DNA of 32,000 nucleotides from Akkermansia muciniphila ATCC BAA-835. GTDB taxonomy: Bacteria > Verrucomicrobiota > Verrucomicrobiia > Verrucomicrobiales > Akkermansiaceae. Location of the stretch: NCBI RefSeq assembly GCF_000020225.1, contig NC_010655.1:1950001-1982000 (forward strand), read 5' to 3'. Numbering within the stretch: the stretch's first letter is position 1; the number at the start of each line of letters is the position of its first letter. The notes below the pieces were generated by a model. It saw only the letters and a list, made by a program, of their open reading frames with translations. It was not told where the DNA came from and searched no databases. Below, in pieces: positions 24,549 to 32,000 of the stretch. Both the position numbers and the translations under genes were made by a program.

Positions 24549-25847
24549 ATGAAGAGAGCGTTTTGCGTGATAGCCGGTGCATGCAGCCTGCTTGGATGGG
24601 CTCCGGCGGACGAGACGGGCATGAACAATGTGCTGGAGGATTGGCGGATGAGGCAGTCCGACTGGGAATCCGCATTGAAAACGGCTGAAAGCGGGGAAAA
24701 AAGGGCGGAATTGATGAAGAACCGTCCGGATGCCGTTCCGGTGGCTCGGGAATTATGGAGGCTGGTAGGGCGCGACCTTCAGAAGCCCGAGACTCAAAAA
24801 TCCTGCCTTCTTCCGGCTGTCGTCTGGTTTCTGGATCATCCCCAGGCTGTAGCGCAGGCGTTCCCCAATGGAGACATGGCCAGGAAAATTGTCGTGTTCT
24901 GCCTGGATTCCCTGGAAAATACGCTGTTCCGGGAACAGGGGGCAGGAAAGGCGGCGTATGCCCTGAGCAATTCCCGTGACCTGCGCTGCCGCGTTATTCT
25001 GGAACAGATCAAGGATTACAACCAGTTCCCTGAGGACCAGGGCCTGGCTTCCCTGGGCCTGGCCATGGTGATGAAGGAAACGACAGGGATGCTTCAGGAT
25101 GACGTCAGGCTGGTGGCGGCCCGCGGAAAATTGCTGAAAGACGCCATTATCAAATGCTATGATTCCAGTTTCGGCCCTATTCCGGTTCAAAATATTGTGA
25201 AGGAGGAACTGTATGAAATACGCAATCTCAATATTGGGCAGACCGGGCCTGAAATCAGCCTTCCCTCTACCGCGGCGTCCGGAAAAGTGACGCTCCCCTC
25301 CGGGAATAAGCCCGTGCTGGTGGTTTTTTGGGATCCGCAGGATATGCGTTCCGTTCAGTTTTTGCAAAAAGCCGCGTCTCTCCGGAAAGAATTTCCCGGT
25401 TTGACGGTGATGCCGGTGGCTCCCGGAAAGAGAGAGAACATAGAAAAGGCCCTGTTGAACTTGAAAATGGATATGCCCTCCCTGGTGGATGAAAAAGCGG
25501 CGGCGTTTAAGGATTACCGGGTGAGGCTCACCCCGCGGGTGTATCTGCTGGACCCTGCGGGGAAAATCCTGATGCGCGGCACGCCGGATATGCTGTTTGA
25601 CGCCAACCTGTACGCGGTCATGGGCAAACTTGAGGGAAAAAAGAAAGAAAAGCCGGATGGGAAAAAGTCTCCCTCCTCCCCTGCTTCCTCCAAGCCTGTT
25701 TCTCCGCCGGCCAGGATTAATTCCCCGGATACGCGCGTTCCCTCTGTTTCCCGGCCTGATAGGCCGCGGCCCGCGTTCCCTTCCGCCCCCTCCGGTGCGG
25801 AGGACCATTCTCTTTCCGCTCCTCCTTTGAGGCCCATGCCTGAATGA
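24549..25847 (+). CDS. Secreted protein with a TlpA/ResA-like thioredoxin fold lacking the CXXC motif, and a Pro/Ser-rich C-terminal tail
   Basis: Signal-like N-terminus MKRAFCVIAGACSLLGWA. The segment GPEISLPSTAASGKVTLPSGNKPVLVVFWDPQDMRSVQFLQKAASLRKEFPGLTVMPV...PRVYLLDPAGKILMRG follows the TlpA/ResA layout (VLVNFWASWCxPC ... P.TFLID..G.I). Here WDPQD replaces WCxxC. The stop overlaps the next gene's ATG (ATGA at 25844-47). Confidence 0.65.
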   Translation: MKRAFCVIAGACSLLGWAPADETGMNNVLEDWRMRQSDWESALKTAESGEKRAELMKNRPDAVPVARELWRLVGRDLQKPETQKSCLLPAVVWFLDHPQAVAQAFPNGDMARKIVVFCLDSLENTLFREQGAGKAAYALSNSRDLRCRVILEQIKDYNQFPEDQGLASLGLAMVMKETTGMLQDDVRLVAARGKLLKDAIIKCYDSSFGPIPVQNIVKEELYEIRNLNIGQTGPEISLPSTAASGKVTLPSGNKPVLVVFWDPQDMRSVQFLQKAASLRKEFPGLTVMPVAPGKRENIEKALLNLKMDMPSLVDEKAAAFKDYRVRLTPRVYLLDPAGKILMRGTPDMLFDANLYAVMGKLEGKKKEKPDGKKSPSSPASSKPVSPPARINSPDTRVPSVSRPDRPRPAFPSAPSGAEDHSLSAPPLRPMPE

Positions 25848-27238
25848 TCCGTTTCATGGAGGGGATTCTGTTGAGAAAGGCCGCGGAGGACGTGGCCCGG
25901 GTTCTTTCCGGAGCAGGACACACCGTATATTTTGTGGGCGGCTGTGTTCGGGACAGGTTGCTGGGATATTCCGTGAAGGATATCGATATTGCCACCTCCG
26001 CCCGCCCGGATGAAGTGTTGCGCCTGTTTCCGGATGCCTGGGAAGTGGGCGCCGCCTTCGGCGTGGTGCTGGTACGCCGCGAAGGTTTTTCCTTTGAGGT
26101 GGCGACCTTCCGCAGAGACGGAAGCTACAGGGATGGCCGGAGGCCGGAGGACGTCTGTTTCACGGATGCGGAAGAAGATGCCCGGCGGCGTGATTTTACC
26201 ATGAACGGCCTCTTTGAAGATCCGTTTTCTTCGCCTCCGGGCCGTGTGGTGGATTATGTAGGCGGAGTGGAGGATATCCGGGCCCGCGTATTGAGGTGCA
26301 TCGGGGAGCCGGACCGTCGTTTTGAAGAAGATTCCCTGCGGCTGATGCGCGCCGTACGTTTTGCCGTTACTAGGGAAGTTCAGGTGGAGAAGGAGACTTG
26401 CTCCTCCATTTTCAGGAACGCTCCGCTGCTGGCCCGGATTTCCCCGGAACGCATCCGGGAGGAACTGGACAGGATTTTATTGTCTCCCGGAAGGAAACGG
26501 GGTGTGGAAATGCTGGTGGAAACGGGGTTGATGAAGCATGTCATTCCGGAAATATACGATATGATAGGCTGTACGCAACCTCCCCAATGGCATCCGGAAG
26601 GAGACGTATACACCCATACGCTGATGATGCTGGATGCGCTGGGAAGGGACGGCTCCCCCGTGTCTTTGAAGCTGGCCCTGGGGGTTCTGCTGCATGACAT
26701 CGGGAAACCTCCCTGCCGTCAGGTGGATGAAACGGGGCGCATCCGTTTTTCCGGTCATGACAAGGAAGGTTCTTCCATGGCCAGGGTCATTTTAAGAAGG
26801 CTGAAATATTCCAATGCCGTGGTGGATGCGGTGTGTTCCATGGTGGAGCGCCATATGCGCTTCATCAACGTGAGGCAGATGAGGAAATCTACGCTGCGAA
26901 TGTTCATGAACGCTCCTCATTTCCGGGATGAACTGGAACTCCACCGCCTGGATTGCCTTTCCTCCAACGGACTGATGGACAACTGGCAATTTGTCAGGGA
27001 CTTCATGGATTCCTACCGGAATGCCCCTCTGGTTCCTCCTCCTCTGGTGACCGGGCGTGATCTGGTGAATCTGGGGCTGTCCCCGGGGCCTGATTTCGGG
27101 AAATGGCTGTCCCGTCTGCAGGAACTTCAGTTGGAGGGAACGCTCCGGACCAGGGAGGAAGCCCTGCTGCAGCTGGGACAAATTGCCCCGGTGGAACAGA
27201 ATGCGCTTGCAGAATACCTGAAAAAGTTAGCATTATAA
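25844..27238 (+). CDS. cca: CCA-adding tRNA nucleotidyltransferase (class II, with HD domain)
   Basis: VYFVGGCVRDRLLGYSVKDIDIATSARPDEV (GGxVRD plus DxD), RRDFTMNGLF, EDSLRLMRAVRF, and the HD block LLHDIGKP. An alternative start lies at M5 (25856). Confidence 0.85.
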   Translation: MIRFMEGILLRKAAEDVARVLSGAGHTVYFVGGCVRDRLLGYSVKDIDIATSARPDEVLRLFPDAWEVGAAFGVVLVRREGFSFEVATFRRDGSYRDGRRPEDVCFTDAEEDARRRDFTMNGLFEDPFSSPPGRVVDYVGGVEDIRARVLRCIGEPDRRFEEDSLRLMRAVRFAVTREVQVEKETCSSIFRNAPLLARISPERIREELDRILLSPGRKRGVEMLVETGLMKHVIPEIYDMIGCTQPPQWHPEGDVYTHTLMMLDALGRDGSPVSLKLALGVLLHDIGKPPCRQVDETGRIRFSGHDKEGSSMARVILRRLKYSNAVVDAVCSMVERHMRFINVRQMRKSTLRMFMNAPHFRDELELHRLDCLSSNGLMDNWQFVRDFMDSYRNAPLVPPPLVTGRDLVNLGLSPGPDFGKWLSRLQELQLEGTLRTREEALLQLGQIAPVEQNALAEYLKKLAL

Positions 27239-27264
27239 GCGTCAAAATTTGATTATTTCAACTC

Positions 27265-29034
27265 ATGCGTCCTGTCATTTATCAACTATTTGTTCGTCAT
27301 TTTTCCAATATGGAGACCCATGGAGTTGACTGGGGGAGCCGGGAAACGAACGGGTGCGGAACTTTTAATGGAGTGACGGATAAAGCCTTACGTGAAATAG
27401 CACGGATGGGTTTCACACACATCTGGCTGACCGGGGTATTGAGGCACGCTACGCAGACGGCCCATCCCGGGCTGGCCGCCCAGCCGGAATCCATCGTAAA
27501 AGGCCTGGCAGGAAGTCCCTATGCCGTGGTGGATTATTTTGACGTGGATCCGGACCTGGCCTCCTCCCCGGAGAAGAGAATGGATGAGTTCAAGGCTCTG
27601 GTAAAGCGTTGCCGGACGGTGGGGCTGCTGCCGATGATGGATTTTATTCCCAACCATGTTTCCCGAGCCTACCTGGCGGACTGGGACGGGCATGACGATT
27701 TTGGAGAAGGAGATGATCCCCATACGTTTTTTTCTCCGGAGCAGGGGTACTTTTACCTGACCTCCAACAGCCTTGGGGACGGTCCACCCCTGCGTCTGCC
27801 GGACGGCCTGTTTGAAGGGGAAATGACGTTCGGCCGTGTGACGGGCAACAATGCCGTTACATGGAATCCCGGCAAGTACGACTGGTATGAAACGGTCAAG
27901 CTCAACTACGGCTATAACTTTATGGCCGGTCTTCCTGCCCTCCGCCTGTTGCCGGGGTGGACCAGCCCCAAGCAGCATGTGCCCAAGACATGGCGCATCA
28001 TGGACGATATCCTTTCCTTCTGGCAAAGCCTGGGCATCGGCGGTTTCAGGTGCGACATGGCCCAAATGATCCCCATGGCTTTCTGGAAATGGGCCATTTC
28101 CCGTTCCCGGGTGCGTCTGCCGGACGTGTTTTTCATGGCGGAGGCATACAACGACCACATGAAAACCACACCCGGCGATCCGTGCGCCGCCCTTCTGGAT
28201 GCCGGATTTAATGCCGTTTACGATTCCGACTGCTATCATCTGGCGCTCCATATGTACACGGAAAATAACTGGGCCAATGACTTCGACCGGCTTTTCCGAA
28301 GCAATCCCATATACATGACCCACGGCGTCCGCTACGTGGAAAACCATGATGAAACGCGCGTGTGCTCCCCTCTTTCCTGGGGCGGCGTGGGGCGCGTTGT
28401 TCTGCCGGCGGTCATGACGCTGGTGTATGCCTCCGGGAGCGGTCCCGTGCTGGTGTACAACGGGCAGGAAGTGGGGGAACGGGCGGAGGGGCCCGGCGGT
28501 TTCGGCGGACATGACGGGCGTACCAGTATTTTTGACTATACCTGCCTCCCCCGGCTCCAGCCCTGGGTGGCGGATGGCCGGTTTGACTCTTCCCTGTTGC
28601 CGGAAGAGTCCGCAGAACTGAGAAATTTTCATCGGAAGCTTCTTCCTCTGATGCAGCATCCGGCGCTGGACCGGGGAGATTTTTACGGCCTGAACTGGGC
28701 TAATATGAAAAACACCACTTTCGGCAGGGAACCGGCGGAAGACACTTCCGGCCACTGGGTATATGCCATGCTCCGGCATGATGCCCGCGCCAGGGCCACC
28801 GTGCTTGTGGTGGGGAACCTTTCTCCAAATATCAATTTCTACAACCTGCGCATTTCCATTCCCCAGCACGCTTTCGGCTGGTGCGGCATCCAGACGGATC
28901 GGGTACGCGTCAGAAACCTGATGGACGCCGAGGGTGAGGACAGGATTTTTGAGCGGCGGGAATTGATGGACTGCGGTCTGTCCCATCCCCTGAAACCGGG
29001 ACATGTGGGCGTGCTGGAACTGTCTGCCGTTTAG
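27265..29034 (+). CDS. GH13 alpha-amylase-family glycosidase (cytoplasmic; no signal peptide)
   Basis: All four GH13 conserved regions are present: I MDFIPNHVS, II GGFRCDMAQMIP, III FFMAEAY, IV YVENHDETR. Substrate specificity cannot be assigned by eye. Confidence 0.85.
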   Translation: MRPVIYQLFVRHFSNMETHGVDWGSRETNGCGTFNGVTDKALREIARMGFTHIWLTGVLRHATQTAHPGLAAQPESIVKGLAGSPYAVVDYFDVDPDLASSPEKRMDEFKALVKRCRTVGLLPMMDFIPNHVSRAYLADWDGHDDFGEGDDPHTFFSPEQGYFYLTSNSLGDGPPLRLPDGLFEGEMTFGRVTGNNAVTWNPGKYDWYETVKLNYGYNFMAGLPALRLLPGWTSPKQHVPKTWRIMDDILSFWQSLGIGGFRCDMAQMIPMAFWKWAISRSRVRLPDVFFMAEAYNDHMKTTPGDPCAALLDAGFNAVYDSDCYHLALHMYTENNWANDFDRLFRSNPIYMTHGVRYVENHDETRVCSPLSWGGVGRVVLPAVMTLVYASGSGPVLVYNGQEVGERAEGPGGFGGHDGRTSIFDYTCLPRLQPWVADGRFDSSLLPEESAELRNFHRKLLPLMQHPALDRGDFYGLNWANMKNTTFGREPAEDTSGHWVYAMLRHDARARATVLVVGNLSPNINFYNLRISIPQHAFGWCGIQTDRVRVRNLMDAEGEDRIFERRELMDCGLSHPLKPGHVGVLELSAV

Positions 29035-29103
29035 AGAAGCGTTCCCTCCGGAGGGAAGCTGCAGCCTTTGCCGATATTTTTTACTCTGCTGGGCGTTTTT
29101 ATG

Positions 29104-29132
29104 ATGACGGGCGGTTTTTAATTCGGTATAGT
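29104..29132 (+). promoter_or_regulatory. Candidate promoter of the secretin gene (ATGACG-17-TATAGT)
   Basis: ATGACG at 29104-09, a 17-nt spacer, and TATAGT at 29127-32, 13 nt before the ATG at 29146. It is preceded by a direct repeat, GGGCGTTTTTA (29091-101) and GGGCGGTTTTTA (29109-120). Confidence 0.3.
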
Positions 29133-29145
29133 CCCGGAAATTCCT

Positions 29146-31671
29146 ATGACTAGACGTTTCCCTCACTCCATGTCTGCCATTCAGCAAATTGCCATGGCGC
29201 TTGCCGTTGCCGGTATTGGAGCCGGCCAGGGGCTGGCCCAGGAGGGGGCAGGGGCCGCACGCCGGGCAGCAGCCCGGATGGAAGAGCAGGCTCAGGCTTC
29301 CATGCTGCTGTTAGGGCAGGCGCGTCAGCAATATTCCGAGGGCAAGTACCAGGAAGCTCTGGACAATTACCGCAGAAGCCTGACTGCGCTGCCCAAATCC
29401 CCCAATATGGAGAAGCGCCGCCGTTTCCTGGAAACCAGCATCGCGGATGCCAGTGTGGCTGTGGCTCAGGAATATATCAAGGCGGGGCGTTACGATGAGG
29501 CCGTCAAGTTGCTGGAAGATGCCCTGAAATCCACTCCGGACCATGCCTTGGCCAGGCGCACGTTGGAAATAGCCCGCGACCCGGTGCGTACGAATCCGGC
29601 ATTGTCTCCGGAACACGTAAAAAATGTAGAGGAAGTCAACCGTCTGCTTCACCTGGCTTTCGGCTATTATGAACTGGGCCAGTATGATGCGGCCCTGAAG
29701 GAATTTACGTCCGTCCTTAAGACGGACCCTTACAATACGGCGGCGCGGCGCGGCATGGAACTGGTTAACCGCGCCAGAACCGCCTATTTTAGCGCTGCCA
29801 GGGATGAAACCCGCAGCAGTGCCCTGGCGGATGTTTCCAGACAGTGGGAGATGCCCGTTCCTTTGACGGAAACACCGGAGGAACCCGCTTCATTTTCCCG
29901 GCCGCTGGATAACCCGGTGGTGAATGTGGACCAGAAACTAGGCATGATCCGCCTGCCCCGTGTGCAGCTGGATGGAGCGACGGTGCAGGAAGCCGTGGAC
30001 TATCTGCGCAGCCAGGCCAGGACGCATGATGCCACGGCCATGACTGCGGCGGAACGCGGCGTGAATATTTCCGTGGATCCCGGTCCTGCAGACAGCGTTT
30101 CCGCCAGGGACGCCGCCGCCAAGAGAATTACGCTTAATCTTCAGAATGTACCTCTTCGTGAGGCCCTGGAATACGTGGCGCGCGCATCCGGCCTTATTCT
30201 GCGGACAAATGCCTTTGGTGCGGAACTGGTATCCAGTTCAGACGGAACTTCCTACATGGTCACCAAGTCCATTACCCTTCCGCCGGGCTTCTTTTCCGGA
30301 TTGTCGGAGGACTCTGGCGCCGAAAATTCAGACCCCTTCAGTTCCGGTGATTCCGGTTCTTCCGGCATGACCCTGAAACGGGTGGATCCGCAAAAGGCGC
30401 TGGCTTCCATGGGGGTGAAATTCCCGGAAGGCAGTTTCATTAAATACAACTCGGGCAACTCCACTCTTCTTTTCCATGGCACGCCCAGAGATTTGAGCAT
30501 GCTGGAGGAGCTGGTAGCGGCCAGGACTGCGGAACAGCCCCTCCAGGTGGTGGTCAGCGCGACCTTTCTGGAAGTCAATCAGACGGACTTGGAGGAATTG
30601 GGCTTTAACTGGATCGTCAATCTGAACCTGGACCCTACCAAGTGGTTCATGGGCGGCGCGGGAACCGATAAAAATGACTATAACAATTCCGTGCTGGACA
30701 GCGCCGCCAATGTGGCCGGAGCCGTCGCTCCCGCAGGAGTGGTGGGCGGGCTGCGTTCCGGCAACCAGGTTTTTACGGAAGATAGCATTGACAGCATGAT
30801 AGAACGCGGCACTTCCGCCAGAAGTTCTGATGCGACCTATGTTCCCGGCGGCGCTCCCAGCATCGTCACTCTGCGCGGCATGTGGAGTCACGCGGATATC
30901 ACGATGATTATGCGCGGCCTGAGCCAGAAAAAAGGCACAGACATTATGCAGCATCCTTCCGTGATTGTGCGCCCCGGTGAAAAAGCCACCTTTTTCAGCG
31001 GCAGGGAACTGATTTACCCTACGGAATATGATCCGCCTGAAGTTCCCAACAGCACGGGCAATAATAATGACTGGGGCGACAATGACAATAACGGCGGCGG
31101 TATTCCGGTCATGCCCATGACTCCCGCCCATCCCTCTGCCTTTGAAACCAGGCAGCTCGGCACGATCTTCAATGTGGAAGTGACCGGCATCAGCGATGAC
31201 AAATCCATCGTGGAAATGACCGTAGTGCCGGAAATCGTGGATTTTGACGGTTTCATCAACTACGGCACGTCGCTTTTCGTTCCCATGGTCTCCCAGGAAA
31301 AGGACGCAAAGGAAGAAGTCGTCATGGTGAAAACTTCAGACAACTTCATTCTTCAGCCCGTGTTTTCCACGCGGCGCCTGACCGCTCCGGTGCGCATAGC
31401 CACCGGCAATACGCTCGTCATCGGCGCCTTGAAAAAATCCACTTCCATTACGTATGAGGATAAAATTCCCGTTCTGGGGGATATTCCCTGGGTGGGGCGT
31501 CTTTTCCGTTCCAAGGGGTCCAAGGAACAGCGCAAGGCCATCATCATCATGGTAAAGGCGGAAGTGGTGGATCCGGGCGGCAAGAAGCTTTATACGCCGG
31601 ATACTTCCATTCCGGACGATGAGGTCCCGGCAGGGGACGCTTCGCTCCCCGCCCTCAGCAATGCCCAGTAA
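29146..31671 (+). CDS. pilQ: Outer-membrane secretin (type II/III secretion / type IV pilus PilQ-like) with an N-terminal TPR region
   Basis: Signal-like AIQQIAMALAVAGIGAGQGLAQ. TPR-like repeats (YSEGKYQEALDNYRRSL, YIKAGRYDEAVKLLEDALK, YYELGQYDAALKEFTSVLK). C-terminal secretin domain with the hallmark IPVLGDIPWVGRLFRSKGSKEQRKAIIIMVKAEVV. An alternative start lies at 29170 (MSAIQQ). Confidence 0.85.
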   Translation: MTRRFPHSMSAIQQIAMALAVAGIGAGQGLAQEGAGAARRAAARMEEQAQASMLLLGQARQQYSEGKYQEALDNYRRSLTALPKSPNMEKRRRFLETSIADASVAVAQEYIKAGRYDEAVKLLEDALKSTPDHALARRTLEIARDPVRTNPALSPEHVKNVEEVNRLLHLAFGYYELGQYDAALKEFTSVLKTDPYNTAARRGMELVNRARTAYFSAARDETRSSALADVSRQWEMPVPLTETPEEPASFSRPLDNPVVNVDQKLGMIRLPRVQLDGATVQEAVDYLRSQARTHDATAMTAAERGVNISVDPGPADSVSARDAAAKRITLNLQNVPLREALEYVARASGLILRTNAFGAELVSSSDGTSYMVTKSITLPPGFFSGLSEDSGAENSDPFSSGDSGSSGMTLKRVDPQKALASMGVKFPEGSFIKYNSGNSTLLFHGTPRDLSMLEELVAARTAEQPLQVVVSATFLEVNQTDLEELGFNWIVNLNLDPTKWFMGGAGTDKNDYNNSVLDSAANVAGAVAPAGVVGGLRSGNQVFTEDSIDSMIERGTSARSSDATYVPGGAPSIVTLRGMWSHADITMIMRGLSQKKGTDIMQHPSVIVRPGEKATFFSGRELIYPTEYDPPEVPNSTGNNNDWGDNDNNGGGIPVMPMTPAHPSAFETRQLGTIFNVEVTGISDDKSIVEMTVVPEIVDFDGFINYGTSLFVPMVSQEKDAKEEVVMVKTSDNFILQPVFSTRRLTAPVRIATGNTLVIGALKKSTSITYEDKIPVLGDIPWVGRLFRSKGSKEQRKAIIIMVKAEVVDPGGKKLYTPDTSIPDDEVPAGDASLPALSNAQ

Positions 31672-31749
31672 CCTTTAACCGGATCAAGACCATTGAAAAA
31701 CAGCGGTTCCGATTTTGAGTCTTCTCCGCCCCAGGGGGCTGATAATATC

Positions 31750-32000
31750 ATGCGTCAGCTGCATGCGTCGGATTCCCACGGAGTAGAACGGAGAAGGGAA
31801 GTAGTAGTGCGCCCGGACGGCAGCAAGGTGATCCGGGTGGAAAAGCGTCGGCGGACTTACAGTGACGACCAGCGGGACGCCAAACAGGCCATGTTGAAAA
31901 ACAAGCGTTTTTTAATAGGCCTTTGCATTCTGGTTCTGCTGGCTGCCGGTGCGCTGGCGGGGACGTATATGTACCGCCTTACTTCTTTCAATACGGAGGA
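31750..32000 (+). CDS. Small bitopic membrane protein, 5' part (continues beyond the window)
   Basis: Not in the supplied ORF track. From the ATG at 31750 I read an open frame to the window end: MRQLHASDSHGVERRREVVVRPDGSKVIRVEKRRRTYSDDQRDAKQAMLKNKRFLIGLCILVLLAAGALAGTYMYRL... It has a basic cytoplasmic N-terminus followed by one TM helix. It lies 78 nt downstream of the secretin on the same strand. Confidence 0.45.
   Translation, partial: MRQLHASDSHGVERRREVVVRPDGSKVIRVEKRRRTYSDDQRDAKQAMLKNKRFLIGLCILVLLAAGALAGTYMYRLTSFNTE

Noticed and set aside
29042-29057. Perfect palindrome TTCCCTCCGGAGGGAA right after the GH13 gene stop, considered as a terminator
   Set aside because: It can form a 6-bp stem with a CCGG loop, but the nearest T-run is about 20 nt away. 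It may be a weak terminator or a protein-binding palindrome. The evidence is not enough for a feature call.
29141-29150. 7-nt complementarity between the conserved sRNA tail (UUCAUAGG) and the secretin start region (CCUAUGA at 29143-29149)
   Set aside because: The match does not extend further, and a 7-mer match is expected several times by chance in 64 kb of two-strand sequence. It is not evidence of targeting without a genome-wide prediction.

Overview
The window is gene-dense, high-GC (roughly upper 50s % by eye) bacterial chromosome, and almost all of it is housekeeping. Protein motifs and the SD-poor gene starts suggest a Verrucomicrobia / Akkermansia-like genome; that is my inference and could not be checked here.

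In order, I recognise:
- the 3' part of an autotransporter barrel gene
- malQ (-)
- a small lipoprotein gene
- rimO (-) and an NfeD-type membrane protease (-)
- dnaG-rpoD, a macromolecular-synthesis pair without rpsU
- a lipobox-bearing VanX/DdpX-type D-Ala-D-Ala dipeptidase
- a ~1.4 kb AT-richer islet with a SleB/CwlJ-like cell-wall hydrolase and an unknown partner ORF
- a fused rpiB-glyA gene (-) and a tail-specific protease (-)
- cdsA, hrpB and a long PiT-family phosphate transporter
- a 500-bp noncoding region
- a Cys-less thioredoxin-fold protein overlapping cca
- a GH13 amylase-family gene
- a TPR-secretin (PilQ-like) gene and the start of a small membrane-protein gene that runs off the window

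I found no rRNA, tRNA, CRISPR array, transposase or integrase. The many long ORFs antisense to recognised genes are GC-driven shadow ORFs.

The most unusual signal is at 24087-24430. It holds two tandem paralogous units. Each has a promoter-like element and a two-stem fold whose stems differ in sequence between the copies but stay complementary. Each also has an 18-nt identical tail with TAG in all three frames and its own intrinsic terminator. I read these as a pair of undescribed small RNAs.

Secondary points are the low-GC hydrolase islet, the RpiB-SHMT fusion, a histone-H1-like basic tail on RpoD, a CdsA with substitutions at two signature positions, and a recurring near-leaderless promoter geometry.

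All homology calls rest on motif recognition by eye. No database search or folding computation was possible.
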